A stretch of 64,000 nt of DNA, taken from positions 19,096,001 through 19,160,000 of the forward strand of contig OX597833.1 in NCBI GenBank assembly GCA_951406725.2. Reading direction: 5' to 3'. This DNA is from Octopus vulgaris (lineage: Eukaryota). Position numbers and translations under genes: made by a program. Below the pieces are notes generated by a model. It made no database searches. It saw only the letters and a program-made list of their open reading frames with translations, and was not told where the DNA came from. Each line of letters starts with the position of its first letter. The first letter of the stretch is position 1. Shown here piece by piece: positions 12,663-24,519 of this stretch.

Positions 12663-13198
12663 CCTATGTATGTGTGTGTGTGTGTGTACGTGTGTGTGTA
12701 TGGGTAGATATATTATGCATGTATATATGTGTATATATATATATATGTGTACATATTACATGTACATCTATATATATATATATATATACATCTACACATA
12801 AAATACAAAATAGAAAGTTATATCTTGATATCGCTAGTGATAACAATACTCAAAATATATAACAGACTGGAATTGTAGGCCCGTCTCTTGCAATTTTGAT
12901 CAATTGAATCTTGTATAGAAGTGTACGGCTGCAGCGAAATTCATTTTTGGACTTTCTTCTATCGAAGGCATTTTAACAAAAATGCTTCCGTAAAGACGGT
13001 ACCTCTATTCAAGTTCAAGTCATTGATGCAATTTTATACGAATTGCTAATACACACACACACATAATAAGGGTTAAAAATTGAATACTAATTTGATTAAT
13101 ATGAATTGAAAACCATTGGTGTAGCATATAAGACCACAGCGGATCTTCTTCTAGCAAAAAGGATGACCAGTATTAATTGCTCATCCCTTTTATATAAA

Positions 13199-13816
13199 TA
13201 CTTTCACTTTAATCATTGCACACTTGCAAAGACAAAGGAGGAGAACGTGTAGTGGTAATGGTAGGAGTGAAGCACTTGAAATGAAAGAGGGAAAAGGTAA
13301 AATATTTACTTTTCTCGAATTTCTGCTTAATTGGTGGTGAAATTGAAAAAACTTTACATGCCACGACCCGATGGAATCTACTTGTAAAAATGATAGGTAA
13401 ATTCCAATTGAAGAAATTCTATATTGTAGAATTGTATAAAAAACAAACTGTTTGGGAGGCAGATAAAATCTGCCTTTTATCATAAGAGATATATATATAT
13501 ATATATATCTATATCATCATCATCACTTTCACTTTAATCATTGCACACTTGCAAAGACAAAGGAGGAGAAAGTGTAGTGGTAATGGTAGGAGTGAAGCAC
13601 TTGAAATGAAAGAGGGAAAAGGTAAAATATTTACTTTTCTCGAATTTCTGCTTAATTGGTGGTGAAATTGCAAAAAAACTTTACATGCCACGACCCGATG
13701 GAATCTACTTGTAAAAATGATAGGTAAATTCCAATTGAAGAAATTCTATATTGTAGAATTGTATAAAAAACAAACTGTTTGGGAGGCAGATAAAATCTGC
13801 CTTTTATCATAAGAGA
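13199..13816 (-). mobile_element. Tandemly duplicated Helitron-like 5' end (third copy ends at 18546)
   Basis: Two ~290-bp near-identical copies (13199-13489, 13524-13816), each starting TCTCTTATGATAAAAG on the minus strand next to (AT)n; diverged homologue at ~18300-18546. Confidence 0.6.
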
Positions 13817-13891
13817 TATATATATATATCTATATATAATATATATATAAAATGAATAAAAGAATGGAGTCGAATGAAGATTTTAACACAA

Positions 13892-13990
13892 TTCCTTTAC
13901 TTTCAACACATGTTTCGAAAACTGCATATTCTTAATTCCGAAGGAATAAAGTGTGCATTATGCCGTCTTCTAATCAGGAAAGACAAGGAA
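13892..13990 (-). ncRNA. Degenerate type I hammerhead ribozyme with long stem II
   Basis: Minus strand: ttccttgtctttc CTGATTA gaagac...gttttc GAAAC atgt GTT gaaagtaaaggaa; core G8 is replaced by U. Confidence 0.65.
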
Positions 13991-14271
13991 AATTAATCAG
14001 CCTCAAGACGGACAAAAACTTTTCTATGGCTTGCTACATAATGTTCACAGTGATAATGAGTGTTTTTAAAAATCCGTTATAAGCAATGACGTCAAAATTG
14101 TTTGGAAGAGGAATTTATGAAAATAAGAAGGGGACTGTATGCATATAGAGTAACAGGTTTTGTTGAATTTTCTGCTGCTTTAAATAAAGCATATTACTCT
14201 ACCACTGGTATTTGAGTACTTTTTTTCCACCTTGTTTCACATTTATGTGTTTACGCCAGTATATATATATA

Positions 14272-14935
14272 CTAGCATTAAAGACCCCGTCATTGCCGGG
14301 TCATAGTGCTAGTGCATGTATATATGTGTACATATTACATGTACATCTATATATATACATCTACACATAAAATGCAAAATACAAAGTTATATCTTGATAT
14401 CGCTAGTGATAACAATACTCAAAATATATAACAGACTGGAATTGTTAAAAAGATTTGAACACATGGAGGAAAACACCTTCGAAAAGTGTCTTGGTGCGAC
14501 TATGAAAGACATCTAATCAGAGGTTTTAAATTCGCCACAATAGAAGCAAGGTTCGAGTCAACGAAGCGTGCAATTGAGTACTCAACTCGAACTTGCAAAG
14601 TGGAAATATTTTATCTTTACCTTTATATCTGGGACGTAGGACATCCCGAAAAAAAATTAAAAATGCCCCCCCACCCCAGAAGTAGAGGTAGGCTGGATTG
14701 TAGCCACACTTCTATACAAGAGGGAGGAGAAGATACAATTGATCGAAATTACAAGAGACGGGCTTACAATTCCAGTCTGTTATATATTTTGAGTATTGTT
14801 ATCACTAGCGATATCAAGATATAACTTTGTATTTTGTATTTTATGTGTAGATGTATATATATAGATGTACATGTAATATGTACACATATATATGCACTAG
14901 CACTATGACCCGGCAACGACGGGTCTTTAATGCTA

Positions 14936-14936
<1 letters not shown>
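14272..14936. mobile_element. Element with ~172-bp terminal inverted repeats, each ending in a Helitron-type hairpin-CTAG
   Basis: Arms 14272-14445 and 14766-14936; both outer ends read gacccggcaa...cgggtctttaatgCTAG into (TA)n. Confidence 0.75.
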
Positions 14937-14968
<32 letters not shown>

Positions 14969-16050
14969 CGCAGGAGTGACTGTGTGGTAAGTAGCTTGCT
15001 TACCAACCACATGGTCCCGGGTTCAGTCCCACTGCATGGCACCTTGGGCAAGTGTCATCTACTATAGCCTCAGGCCAACCAAAGCCTTGTGAGTGGATTT
15101 GGTAGATGGAAACTGAAAGAAGCCCATCGTATATGTGTGTGTGTATTTGTGTGTCTGTGTTTGTCCCCCAACATCACTTGACAACTGTTGTTGGTTTCTT
15201 TACATCCCCGTAACTTAGTGGTTCGGCAACAGTGACCAATAGAATAAATACTAGGCTTACAAAGAATAAGCTCTGGGGTCAATTTGCTCGACTAAAGGTG
15301 GTGCTCCAGCATGGCTGCATTCAAATGACTGAAACAAATAAAAGAGTAAAGGAGTATACATATATATGTGTACACAGTGTGTGTGTGTCTCCCTCCTTGC
15401 TTTCATATCACATGATAGTTGTAAAAGGGTCATTGCTATCATCGAAGTGGTGTCATTCATTTCCAATGTTTAGCAGAAACATGTCTGGCCAGGTGGGAAA
15501 TATCACCTAACTTGGTGACAGAAAGGGCATCCAGCTGAAGAAAACCTGCCTCAATAAATTCTGTCTGACCCATGCAAACATAAAGAAGAGAACATTAAAA
15601 CGATGATGATGATGATTTAAAGGGTGTACTGGCTGAATTTTATCACAATCCCAGCACTAGACAAAAAAGAATTAAAGGGTCTCTCTTCATTTGATAACTT
15701 TTTTGTAGAACTAGATGCCCTATATCAGTGCACCAGCACCAGAGAGGGCACCTAATTTCTGGCAAGACTAACATTATATATATATAATTTACATCTAATA
15801 TAGGATAAAATTTTTCAAAAAAAATTCTATCAATGGCCAGCATATTAAAAAATACCTTTAAAGGTTAAATTTATAGACAACTTATAAACAAGGGCAAAAG
15901 AAAAAAATTCTAATGCCAAATATGCCGAAAATAGACTTAAATCGTCAATAACCATATAATTTATCACTATAAGCACGTGTCTCGAAGTAAGCCGACAGAA
16001 ATTTCTTAAATTCCGTTATTATAGTATCAGTCCCAATTTGAGAGATAATT

Positions 16051-16216
16051 CATAAGAATTTTCTCCTTGTCAGCGATAAATACGGTAAGAAATAAATGAA
16101 ATACTTATAAGCAAACACTAAGTCATGAGCTCAGTGTTTGCTTCTTTCATGGGTATAAGTAAGTATTTCATTTATTTCTTACTGTATTTATCGCTGACGA
16201 GGAGAAAATTCTTATG
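16051..16216. repeat. Foldback (57-bp arms plus inner hairpin) with hammerhead half-cores, Penelope pLTR-like
   Basis: Arms 16051-16107 and 16160-16216 are near-perfect reverse complements; CTGACGA at 16194-16200 and CTGACAA on the opposite arm. Confidence 0.7.
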
Positions 16217-16501
16217 TGTGTGTGTGTGTGTGTGAACTCCCTCATAAACACACACATGTATGTACAGTCACACTCACACACATCACAGTCCGTCTTTCAA
16301 TCTGTGTAGACCTTCCAGATACAGACAAGATTACAATCAGCTGTCAAAGCCAAAACATCACCCTTGTCATCCATAATAACGCTATTGATGACAACCCAAC
16401 ATAAAAAGGAAAAATTGGTTTCATTCTGAGACTCCAAGTTGTCCCCCTAACTTACCCAAATAACATTTCCAAACTGTTTTTTAAACATGTATTAAGATAT
16501 T

Positions 16502-16914
16502 AAGCTACAGTAACACCCACCCTTAGTGGTTAGCCATATTGAGATGGCTAGTATACCTTACATTGTCATGCAGTTACTATTTACATCTCGTTCAGAGATT
16601 TATTATTGCTTGCAGAGTTTTTCGAAATCAGTGACGAAAAGTTACTGGAAAAACCATATATAAGGATTTGCAAACGGTCTCCCTTCATCGAAAACCGGTG
16701 ATTGCCGTACGCTGAAGACAGGCAAATACCTAGAAACTGCAGTCCGTGCATATCACTTAGGTTGACGAGGGAAGGATGACCTCCCTTTGCAAATACCATA
16801 AGGGCACAGAAAGTGTGCCTAAAGCCAGCTGGAGACGATGATCTCCTGGGGCTAGAAGCTACAGTAACACCCACCCTTAGTGGTTAGCCATATTGAGATG
16901 GCTAGTATACCTTA
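16502..16914 (+). mobile_element. Putative retrozyme: 354-nt hammerhead-containing unit present as 1.17 copies
   Basis: Identical 59-bp direct repeats at 16502-16560 and 16856-16914; flanking 12-bp duplication TATTAAGATATT at 16490-16501 and 16915-16926; internal hammerhead motif; no coding capacity. Confidence 0.75.
16697..16757 (+). ncRNA. Type I hammerhead ribozyme
   Basis: ggtgat-tgcc-gtacg CTGAAGA c-agg-caaata-cct-a GAAAC tgca GTC cgtgc-at-atcact. Stem I has an internal loop, both core boxes are intact, stem III is minimal and palindromic, the cleavage triplet is GUC; one mismatch at the base of stem II. Confidence 0.8.
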
Positions 16915-16941
16915 TATTAAGATATTGTTTTATTGTAATAA

Positions 16942-17325
16942 CTAGCAGTATCGCCCGGCGTTGCTCGGGTTTGTTTCGACCCGCTGGAATTGGAATTTTT
17001 GAAAAGTAAAAATTTTGCATTATTTAGCTTGTTATTGTGTTCAAGTGAACATTTTTCTGGTTGAAATACACCAAAAAGTGGCGACAAAGCAGTGAAAAAA
17101 TGGTAAAAATAGGGATTTTCATAGAAAAAAGCAGCTTTTTGATGTAAATAATTTTTGGTGTTAACATGGTCCAATTTGAATTTTATCTTCTACGGAAGGA
17201 AGAGCAACACTTCTTCTATCATACTCTCAATTTTGGTCAACTTGCGCCGCAGGGTCTCGGAGGAGATAGTTGAAGGCTACCAAACCTGCCGCACACAGAC
17301 AACTTCAGCTTTATATAGAGAGAGA
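16942..17325 (-). mobile_element. Non-autonomous Helitron, family B
   Basis: Same 3' terminus as family A with a different body; homologous to 38166-38551. Confidence 0.82.
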
Positions 17326-18991
17326 TAACACACACACATTAATACACGTACATACACACACACATGTATGTATGGATGTATGTATATATGTACATCTGTC
17401 CACTTCTTGCCATATTTTTATCCTTCACTTCCTACACAGACACACACGCACGCACACATACACACACACACATGCACGCACACATACACACACACACCTT
17501 CTTAGCTTACAATTTCTTTCTTTCAACAATTGACAACTGAAGTACACTCGCCAATTAATACTACCAAAATTTAGCGACAGATAGTAAATTAAAAACCAAT
17601 TTACCTTTTCTGCTGAGTTATGGCAATTCGACCGTTGGTGTGTGTTTGCAAATGTGTTCGAATGAGAAAGTGAATTGTGTTTGGCGCCTTTTTTACTAAT
17701 AACAAACACACACGTGTGTGTGTGTGTGTGTGTGTTCGAGTGTTTGTATGTAGTTGTTTGCGTGTGTATGTGTGTGTGTGTGAGGAATGGCAAACCAGAT
17801 AGATAGAGCATGAAGTTCTTTTGAAGTTCGCGCTCCGTTTGTGTGCGTGCTTTAGGTGTACGTAGGTATGTGTCACTGAAGCCATACATATATACATACA
17901 TAACCTCTCTCTCAGTCACTCACTACAAAAAGTGAATAAAAAAAGTTCAGTTATCTCTGTCTTTCACACATACACACACAGCACAACATTACTCTCTCTG
18001 TCTCTTTACACACACTAACAAAAGCACTTCACTTACACACCACACTTTCTGTGTCGCACACGCCATCAAACACACACACACTCACGCACGCACACATGTA
18101 CATCAATGCTTCCGATGCACACCAACTTCAAAAGAACTTCCCCCCACAAAAAATGCACGTGTATCTGTTTCCCCGCTTGCAAAGAGAAAGTAGGAGAAAG
18201 TGTGGTAATAGACGGAGGAAAGTATTTGAAATGAGAGAGGCAATCGTATATGTATATGTTTGCGTGTCTATGTGTGTGTACACTTGCAAAGAGAAAGTAG
18301 CAGAAAGTGTGGTAAGAGAAAGAGTGAAGCATATGAAATGAGAGAGGCAAATCGTAAAATATCAAGTTTGATCTAATTTTTGCTTAATTGGGGGTCAAAT
18401 TGAAAAAAAATTACATGCCATGACCCAATCGAATCTACTTCAAACAATCATAGGTAAATTCCAATTGAAGAAATTGTATATTGTACAATTGTATTAAAAA
18501 CGAACATGGTAACAGGCAGAGAAACTGTGGCTTTTATCATAAGAGATATATACAACAAACTTTAGTAATATGATCAGTAAATAATAAAAATATGACAGTG
18601 AAAATTATTTTTTCTGTTCACTGGTTCCATGTAGAGGGGTGCATGTACACACGAAAAATATAGACTCACATCACAGCATGTAAACGCAAACAATAACCAA
18701 GGCATTCTGGGTAACCTGGGTTGTTGAGCGTTGTGGATGGTCACCGGAGTAACTTTTGCAGACCAAGCAGAATCTTTGATTGATTAGTGACTTCTGCTAT
18801 CATGGATCAATTCTTTAGAAGTGTAACATGGTTTGCAATTGAGCATACCATATTATCCCAGATCACCAATTGACAAATTGGTGATTAACGAGGATCCATG
18901 TACTGAATTTACAATTATTCTTTCCTACACATTAAATAATGGCAACTCCCCAACATATGCATATATACATGAATGTAAGTATAGAAATTAC

Positions 18992-19084
18992 CTTTCAAAT
19001 TCTTTTTCTGTAAAAATATATTTATTATAGTTCTTCAAAAAATTTTTCTGAAAGAACAGTCTTGTGTTGGTTTTGTGAAGTTCT
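18992..19084 (-). CDS. CENATAC: CENATAC/CCDC84 coding exon 3
   Basis: tttcag acceptor; (T)ELHKTNTRLFFQKNFLKNYNKYIFTEKEFE(R) supplies the final zinc-finger His. GTAATT donor; 93 nt, phase 2 to 2. Confidence 0.85.
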
Positions 19085-19340
19085 CTGAAAGTAGAGAAAG
19101 TATAGAATAACATCATGACAACTGCAACACGTTGATAACTCATTTGAAACTTCCTCAGTAAATAAAACCTTGTTCTAATGATGCTTGCCTTTGCATTCTG
19201 GAGTGTTTGCTCAAACCAAGTTTGTAGCAATTTTGTAATTTCTTTGTGGTTAAGAAAGTTTCCTTTGTAACCACATAGTTTCAGGTTCAGTTCACAGTGT
19301 GGTGGCTTAGGCAAGTGCCTTTTACTTATAGCAGTAGGCC

Positions 19341-19871
19341 ACGAAACTTTTTTTCCCCACAAGAGTTCCGGACCCCAGTTATGAACTCATTTGCATACAG
19401 CTCAACTATCAAACTAATTTATGAGCACATAACAAGCGATGGGCAATAAGAAAAGGTCACTTGGGTAAGGAATGACCATATTTCTTTTCTCTTTTAATAA
19501 TGCTTGTTATTCTTGTTCTTGTTTCAACCATGGCTGTCTCTGCGTAGTTATTTGTGTCGTTGTTTACTTTATAAAGCAGTAAGAGTTGCTATCACATCAC
19601 CCTCTACCCACATTTTTCCCATCCACATCTTTACCATATGGGGCCCTGAAACAATCTAATAATAGGTATAGATGCAAATCTATCTAATTACTTGTCTTCT
19701 AAAATCAGGTATAATTTGGCGATCGGTCGACTTACAACACTGTTCTTTGTCTTGAGTTTACTTGGTAGAGTGTGTTTTACCAAGAAATTGGTCAAGGTGA
19801 GCTCTGATTGGCTGTATGCAAATGAGTTCATTACTAGGGTCCGGAACTCTTGTGGGAAAAAAAAATTTCGC
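19341..19871. mobile_element. MITE with ~60-bp TIRs and 9-10-bp TSD (Mutator-like), inserted in a SINE
   Basis: TIR cgaaactttttttccccacaagagttccggaccc...catacagc mirrored at 19811-19870; cagtaggcc(a) on both flanks. Confidence 0.8.
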
Positions 19872-21110
19872 CAGTAGGCCAAACAATGGCTAATAAGTGA
19901 ATTCGTGTGCCACATAAAAAGCACTTTGTCCACTCTGCTGGGTGGTTGGTGCTAGGAAGGGCATCCAGCTGTAAAAACTATGCCAAAACAGACACAGGAG
20001 TCTGGAGCAGGCTCCTGCTTGGTCAGCTCCTATCAAACCATCCAACTCATGCCAACATGGAAGGTGGACACTAGACGATGATGATAATGATGTGTGTGTT
20101 TGCGTTTGTCACCTCCACCCACCCATACACACACAACTTGTCAACTGGTGTTGGTTTGCTTATGTCCTTGTAGCTTGGTAGTTTGGCAAAACAGACTGAC
20201 AGAATAAATACCAGACTTAGAAACAAGTAACAGGATTTGATTTGTTTGACTGAACCCTTCAAGGTGGTGCCCCAGCATGGCCACAGTCCAATGACTGAAA
20301 CAAATAAAAGAGAAAAGATTCTCTTGTCATCCAATCATATCGCATAAGCAGTATCATTTGATACCAAACTAAATATTAACACTGAACTTGCCTCACCCCT
20401 GAAAGGGGTGAGATAGGTACAGTGCTTGGGAGGAAATTTGGTTCAGTGGAGGTGGGGCATAAGTCACTGTAATGTAGATGGAGAGCCCAATATACAATGT
20501 CTGGTCATTTTTAAACTTCTTGATCCACTCAAACATACTTGTACACAGTAGAACATGGTCCCCCTATTGTACTGAAAATCTGCAATGAATTTCAGTTCCT
20601 GTGGCACATAAAAAGCACCATCTGAGCGTGGCCGATGCCAGCGCCGCCTTGACTGGCTTCTGTGCCGGTGGCATGTAAAAAGCACCAACTGATCGTTACT
20701 GCTGCCAGACTTCCCTGGCACCTGTGCCGGTGGCACGTAAAAAGCACCAACTAATCGTTGCCGCTGCCACACTCCCCTGGCACCTGTGCCAGTGGAACGT
20801 AAAAAGCACCCACTACACTCACGGAATGGTTGGCATTAGGAAGGGCATCCAGCTGTAGAAACACTGCCAGATCAGACTGGAGCCTGGTGCAGCCTCCTGT
20901 CTTCCCAGACCCCGGTTGAACCATCCAACGCGTGCTAGCACGGAAAACAGACGTTAAACGATGATGATGATGATGATGACACACCTTCGGACCAGAGAAA
21001 TTGGATTACTGATCTCTTTTCTTCCTTGGTGCACACCAAAAGCAGAGTGGCCATGTTTACTGTGTAACACACAAAACAAAACTGAAGCAATCAAGGTCAA
21101 ACCACATTTA

Positions 21111-21520
21111 CATCATCATCATCATTGTTTGACCGTGGTCGAGACAATGGAATTTACCATGCTACGCCAGACTTCACGGTCCATCATGGCATTACGGAGG
21201 TCCTGTTGCTGGATGCCTGTATCCCTGGAGATTACATCAGGGTAGGAGAGTGTGCACCCTCTGGTATTGCGAGTAGATGGCTTCCAGAGGAGAAGAGTAG
21301 AAATTACTTCTTTTTCAGCTCTACAACAATGTCCAGCAAACTGGACTCTCCTACCTTTCACAAGAGATGACACAGGTGGTAGTTTCCCATATATTTGCAT
21401 TTTGGTTGGACGGCGCTTCCACGAGAGATTTTGAGCTCTCATAAGGAGGTGAGTGTAGGTTCCATCCAACTGCCTCTCAAGCTTCTTTGATAACGTTCAG
21501 GATTCTGAGCCATATAGTAT
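21111..21520 (-). mobile_element. 5'-truncated RTE-clade LINE 3' end
   Basis: YGSES*TL...LDGTYTHLL...SW...RRVQFAGHC...AMMDREVWRSMV followed directly by a (TGA)n tail. Confidence 0.8.
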
Positions 21521-21582
21521 GTGAGCACTGAAGGAAATGTGGCCAACCTAAAGAATGTTTCAGCAAAAACAGGTTATTTTTG

Positions 21583-21794
21583 TGAGATATAATTTGCCAT
21601 CTCAACATGGCTAACCACTAAGGGTGGGTGTTACTGTAGCTTGCAGCCCCAGGAGAACATCGCCTCCAGCTGGCCAGTGACACACTTTCTGTGCCCCATC
21701 AGCATTTGCAAAGGGAGGCCATCCCTCCCTCGTCAACCCAAACTCACATTGTCGTGCAGTTACTGTTTATACCTCGTTCAGAGATTTATTATTG
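21583..21794. mobile_element. Second, partly inverted copy of the 354-nt retrozyme family
   Basis: 21583-~21742 is the diverged reverse complement of ~16760-16914; ~21743-21794 matches ~16557-16608 directly; flanked by CAGGTTATTTTTG / CAGGTAATTTTTG. Confidence 0.75.
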
Positions 21795-22064
21795 CAGGTA
21801 ATTTTTGACTTCCTTTTATATCGTTGTGTTTGCCCATCTCCACCAACTAGTGTTGGCTTGTTTATAGCATCATAACTTAACAGTTTGGCAAAAGAGACCG
21901 ATAGAATAAGTACCAGATTCTAAAATATAAGTATTGGGGTCAATTTGCTTGTCTCAAACCCTTCAAAGTCATTGCTCCAGTAAACAATAAAAGACACTCT
22001 ACAAAGATAAAAATAAAGCTTCCAAAGAACAAGACAAAATATAAATAAAATAAACATGACATAC

Positions 22065-22234
22065 GTTGTTAGGTGAGCCAATAGGTTATGTTCCATGATG
22101 AGGAAATTACCATTTACTGAATGTCTCTCAATTTCAACAGAACAAAAATAGCACCAAACATTTTGCAGGTTCATCTTTTCATTGCATAAATTTATCACAG
22201 ATGGATTCTCAATTGCTTTTCTACACAGAGAAAG
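22065..22234 (-). CDS. CENATAC: CENATAC/CCDC84 coding exon 2 (zinc finger 2)
   Basis: Poly-T ccag acceptor; LSLCRKAIENPSVINLCNEKMNLQNVWCYFCSVEIERHSVNGNFLIMEHNLLAHLT resembles CCDC84 (RKAI...WCxxC..E...H...LL.HL). GTATGT donor; 170 nt, phase 0 to 2. Confidence 0.9.
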
Positions 22235-23918
22235 CTGGAAAAAAAAAAAAAGAAAGAAAGAAAGAAAGCAAAATAATAATAAATAATAGTAATGAAATTA
22301 TTATATACAGTGCTCAGGTGCACCACAACTTGTCAGATAGTGCGTATAAAGTATATGCAGTAATGTACAAATGTCTGGAAAGCGAATAATGTATGAGTCA
22401 GATACATGCTTGTGTGTGTATGGAGGGGAGAAAATCAGGTGTAGTGTTGGTGAATCTCAGAAAGCATGGAAGTTTTGAAGGACAACTAACAACTGATGCC
22501 AGCAGTTTGTTCCATGCTTCAGCAACTCTCAGTGTGAAAAAATGTTTCCTAAAGTCATGGGAGCTGTGCTGTTTTCTGACTTTGTAAATATGTCCACGGG
22601 TGTTAGACAGGTGTAGTTTGAAAAGGTGCTCAGAGTTATTGTTTGTAAGAACTCATTTAACAATGAAGAAGGACAAAGAAGATTGAAGTGATCTCAACAT
22701 AACATTAATATCTAATAGGCACCGAAAGCAGTGAACTGGCTGTAGCGTTTGCATGCTGGGCAAAATGCTTAGCAGTATTTGGTCTATCGTTACATTCTGA
22801 ACTCAAAACTTGCTGAGGTTGACTTAGCCTTTCATCCTTTAGGGGGTCAATGAAATAAGTACCAGTTGAAAACTGGAGTCCATCTAATCAACTTGCTGGC
22901 CTTGTGCCAAAATTTGAAATCAATATCTAATAGGTGCCAATATGGCTGTGTTTGAGAGGTTTGCACATGGTTTCATGTATAGTCTCACTGTGTAGCACCT
23001 TGGACAAGTGTATTCTATTATAGCTCCAGGTTGACTAATGCCCTGTGAGTGAATTTGGTAGATGGAAACTGTGTGGAAGTCTGTTTGGTATGTGTGCGTT
23101 ATATATATAAAAATAGATAAATGGTACACCAAAGCACCAATATTTACTGGAAAATTCTGTAACAGTTCTTTTCATATATCAAACATAAATAAACATACCG
23201 TTACGAGCTACTACAATAGCCAGTGCCCTCATACCGTAGTCCCTCTCTCTCGCTCCTTAATCCTATGTGTATGTCCTTCTCCACGTTGTCGTTGCCTCTC
23301 GCCGAGATCTTATCTGCCTATCTTCCTCTTTCACATTCACTGTCATTCTCTCGCTCGTCAGCCCCTCAGATTCCCTGTCTGTCCTCCTCTACACTGTCAT
23401 TCTCTCGCTTGTCAGCTCCTCAGATTCCCTGTCTGTCTTCCTCTACTGACCGCCTTCATATCAGTCCCGTCTCTGCCAGAACTGCCGGCCGACTGTTTCA
23501 AACTCACAGCTCGTTCGCTTTTTAAAGGGTAGCTTCCTCGAACTTTCCCTGACCGGCACAAGGCCAAAGGTCGCCTTAAAACTCATTAATCCTTCCAGAA
23601 TCTGACGGAACAAAGGACAATAACTTTGTATTCCAGACTTTCAGACTACAACGAGCAAAGTAGGTCATAGCATTTGTTTCCCGAATTGACCTACTCATAT
23701 CAATACATATAAAAATAGATATATATATATCTTGTCAGTAAATCATAAATCGAAAAGAGAAACACACTCTAAGTTATAGAGCAGTAGAGTATTTAGATAA
23801 AGTTAACTATGGCTGGTCTATGGGGTTACCCAAGGTTTCACGTCCATAAAGCACTTCAGTTAAGCGCCTTATGGACATGGAACCCTGAGTAACCCTTTGA
23901 ACTGACCATAACTAACAT

Positions 23919-23969
<51 letters not shown>

Positions 23970-24519
23970 ATATGTATTTATACACACACACACACACATA
24001 TATGTATGTGTGTGTGTTTGGGATTGCATGCTCTGCCTTATATATATGCCTTCTACTTTACTGCTCTTCCTTGGTGCCCCTTTTGTTGTTATCTTGTAGT
24101 GCTTTTTTACTCTATTTCATTTTATCTTTATTTTTATCACATTCAATCATTTATTCTCATGCCTCGATGACATCCAGGTGGTTGGCGAGCCATCTTGTCC
24201 CCTTAGGCTGAGTCAGTTTCCTAGAGCAGCATTCTTCAGACTTTTTTTACTGCAACCCACAGCAAGAACCACATTTTGCATCGTGACCCATCACACCCAA
24301 AGCCAAACTCTATTCCCCAGGTTCATTTATTTAGCATCGGCAATTCATATGTATATTTCTTATATTCCGCACATATTGGAATTGTATTTATCTATTTGTA
24401 TGGATGTCAGAGTATTATTTTTAGAAAAATATATTTAGAGGAAATTCCAACACAAAGGTAAAGTAAATAATATTTGAAAAAAAATGTCATTTAATGAGAT
24501 TGATGCCCTTGTTTGTTAA

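Noticed and set aside
16455-16500. Possible CENATAC exon with a GTAAGT donor and an AC-type acceptor, suggesting a minor intron
   Set aside because: There is no AG acceptor, the upstream donor is an ordinary GTAATT, and exon 5703-5769 already fills this position in the correct phase. No U12-type donor was seen in either gene.
23610-23700. CTGACGG followed by hairpins
   Set aside because: No GAAA box in the required position; at most a decayed repeat end.
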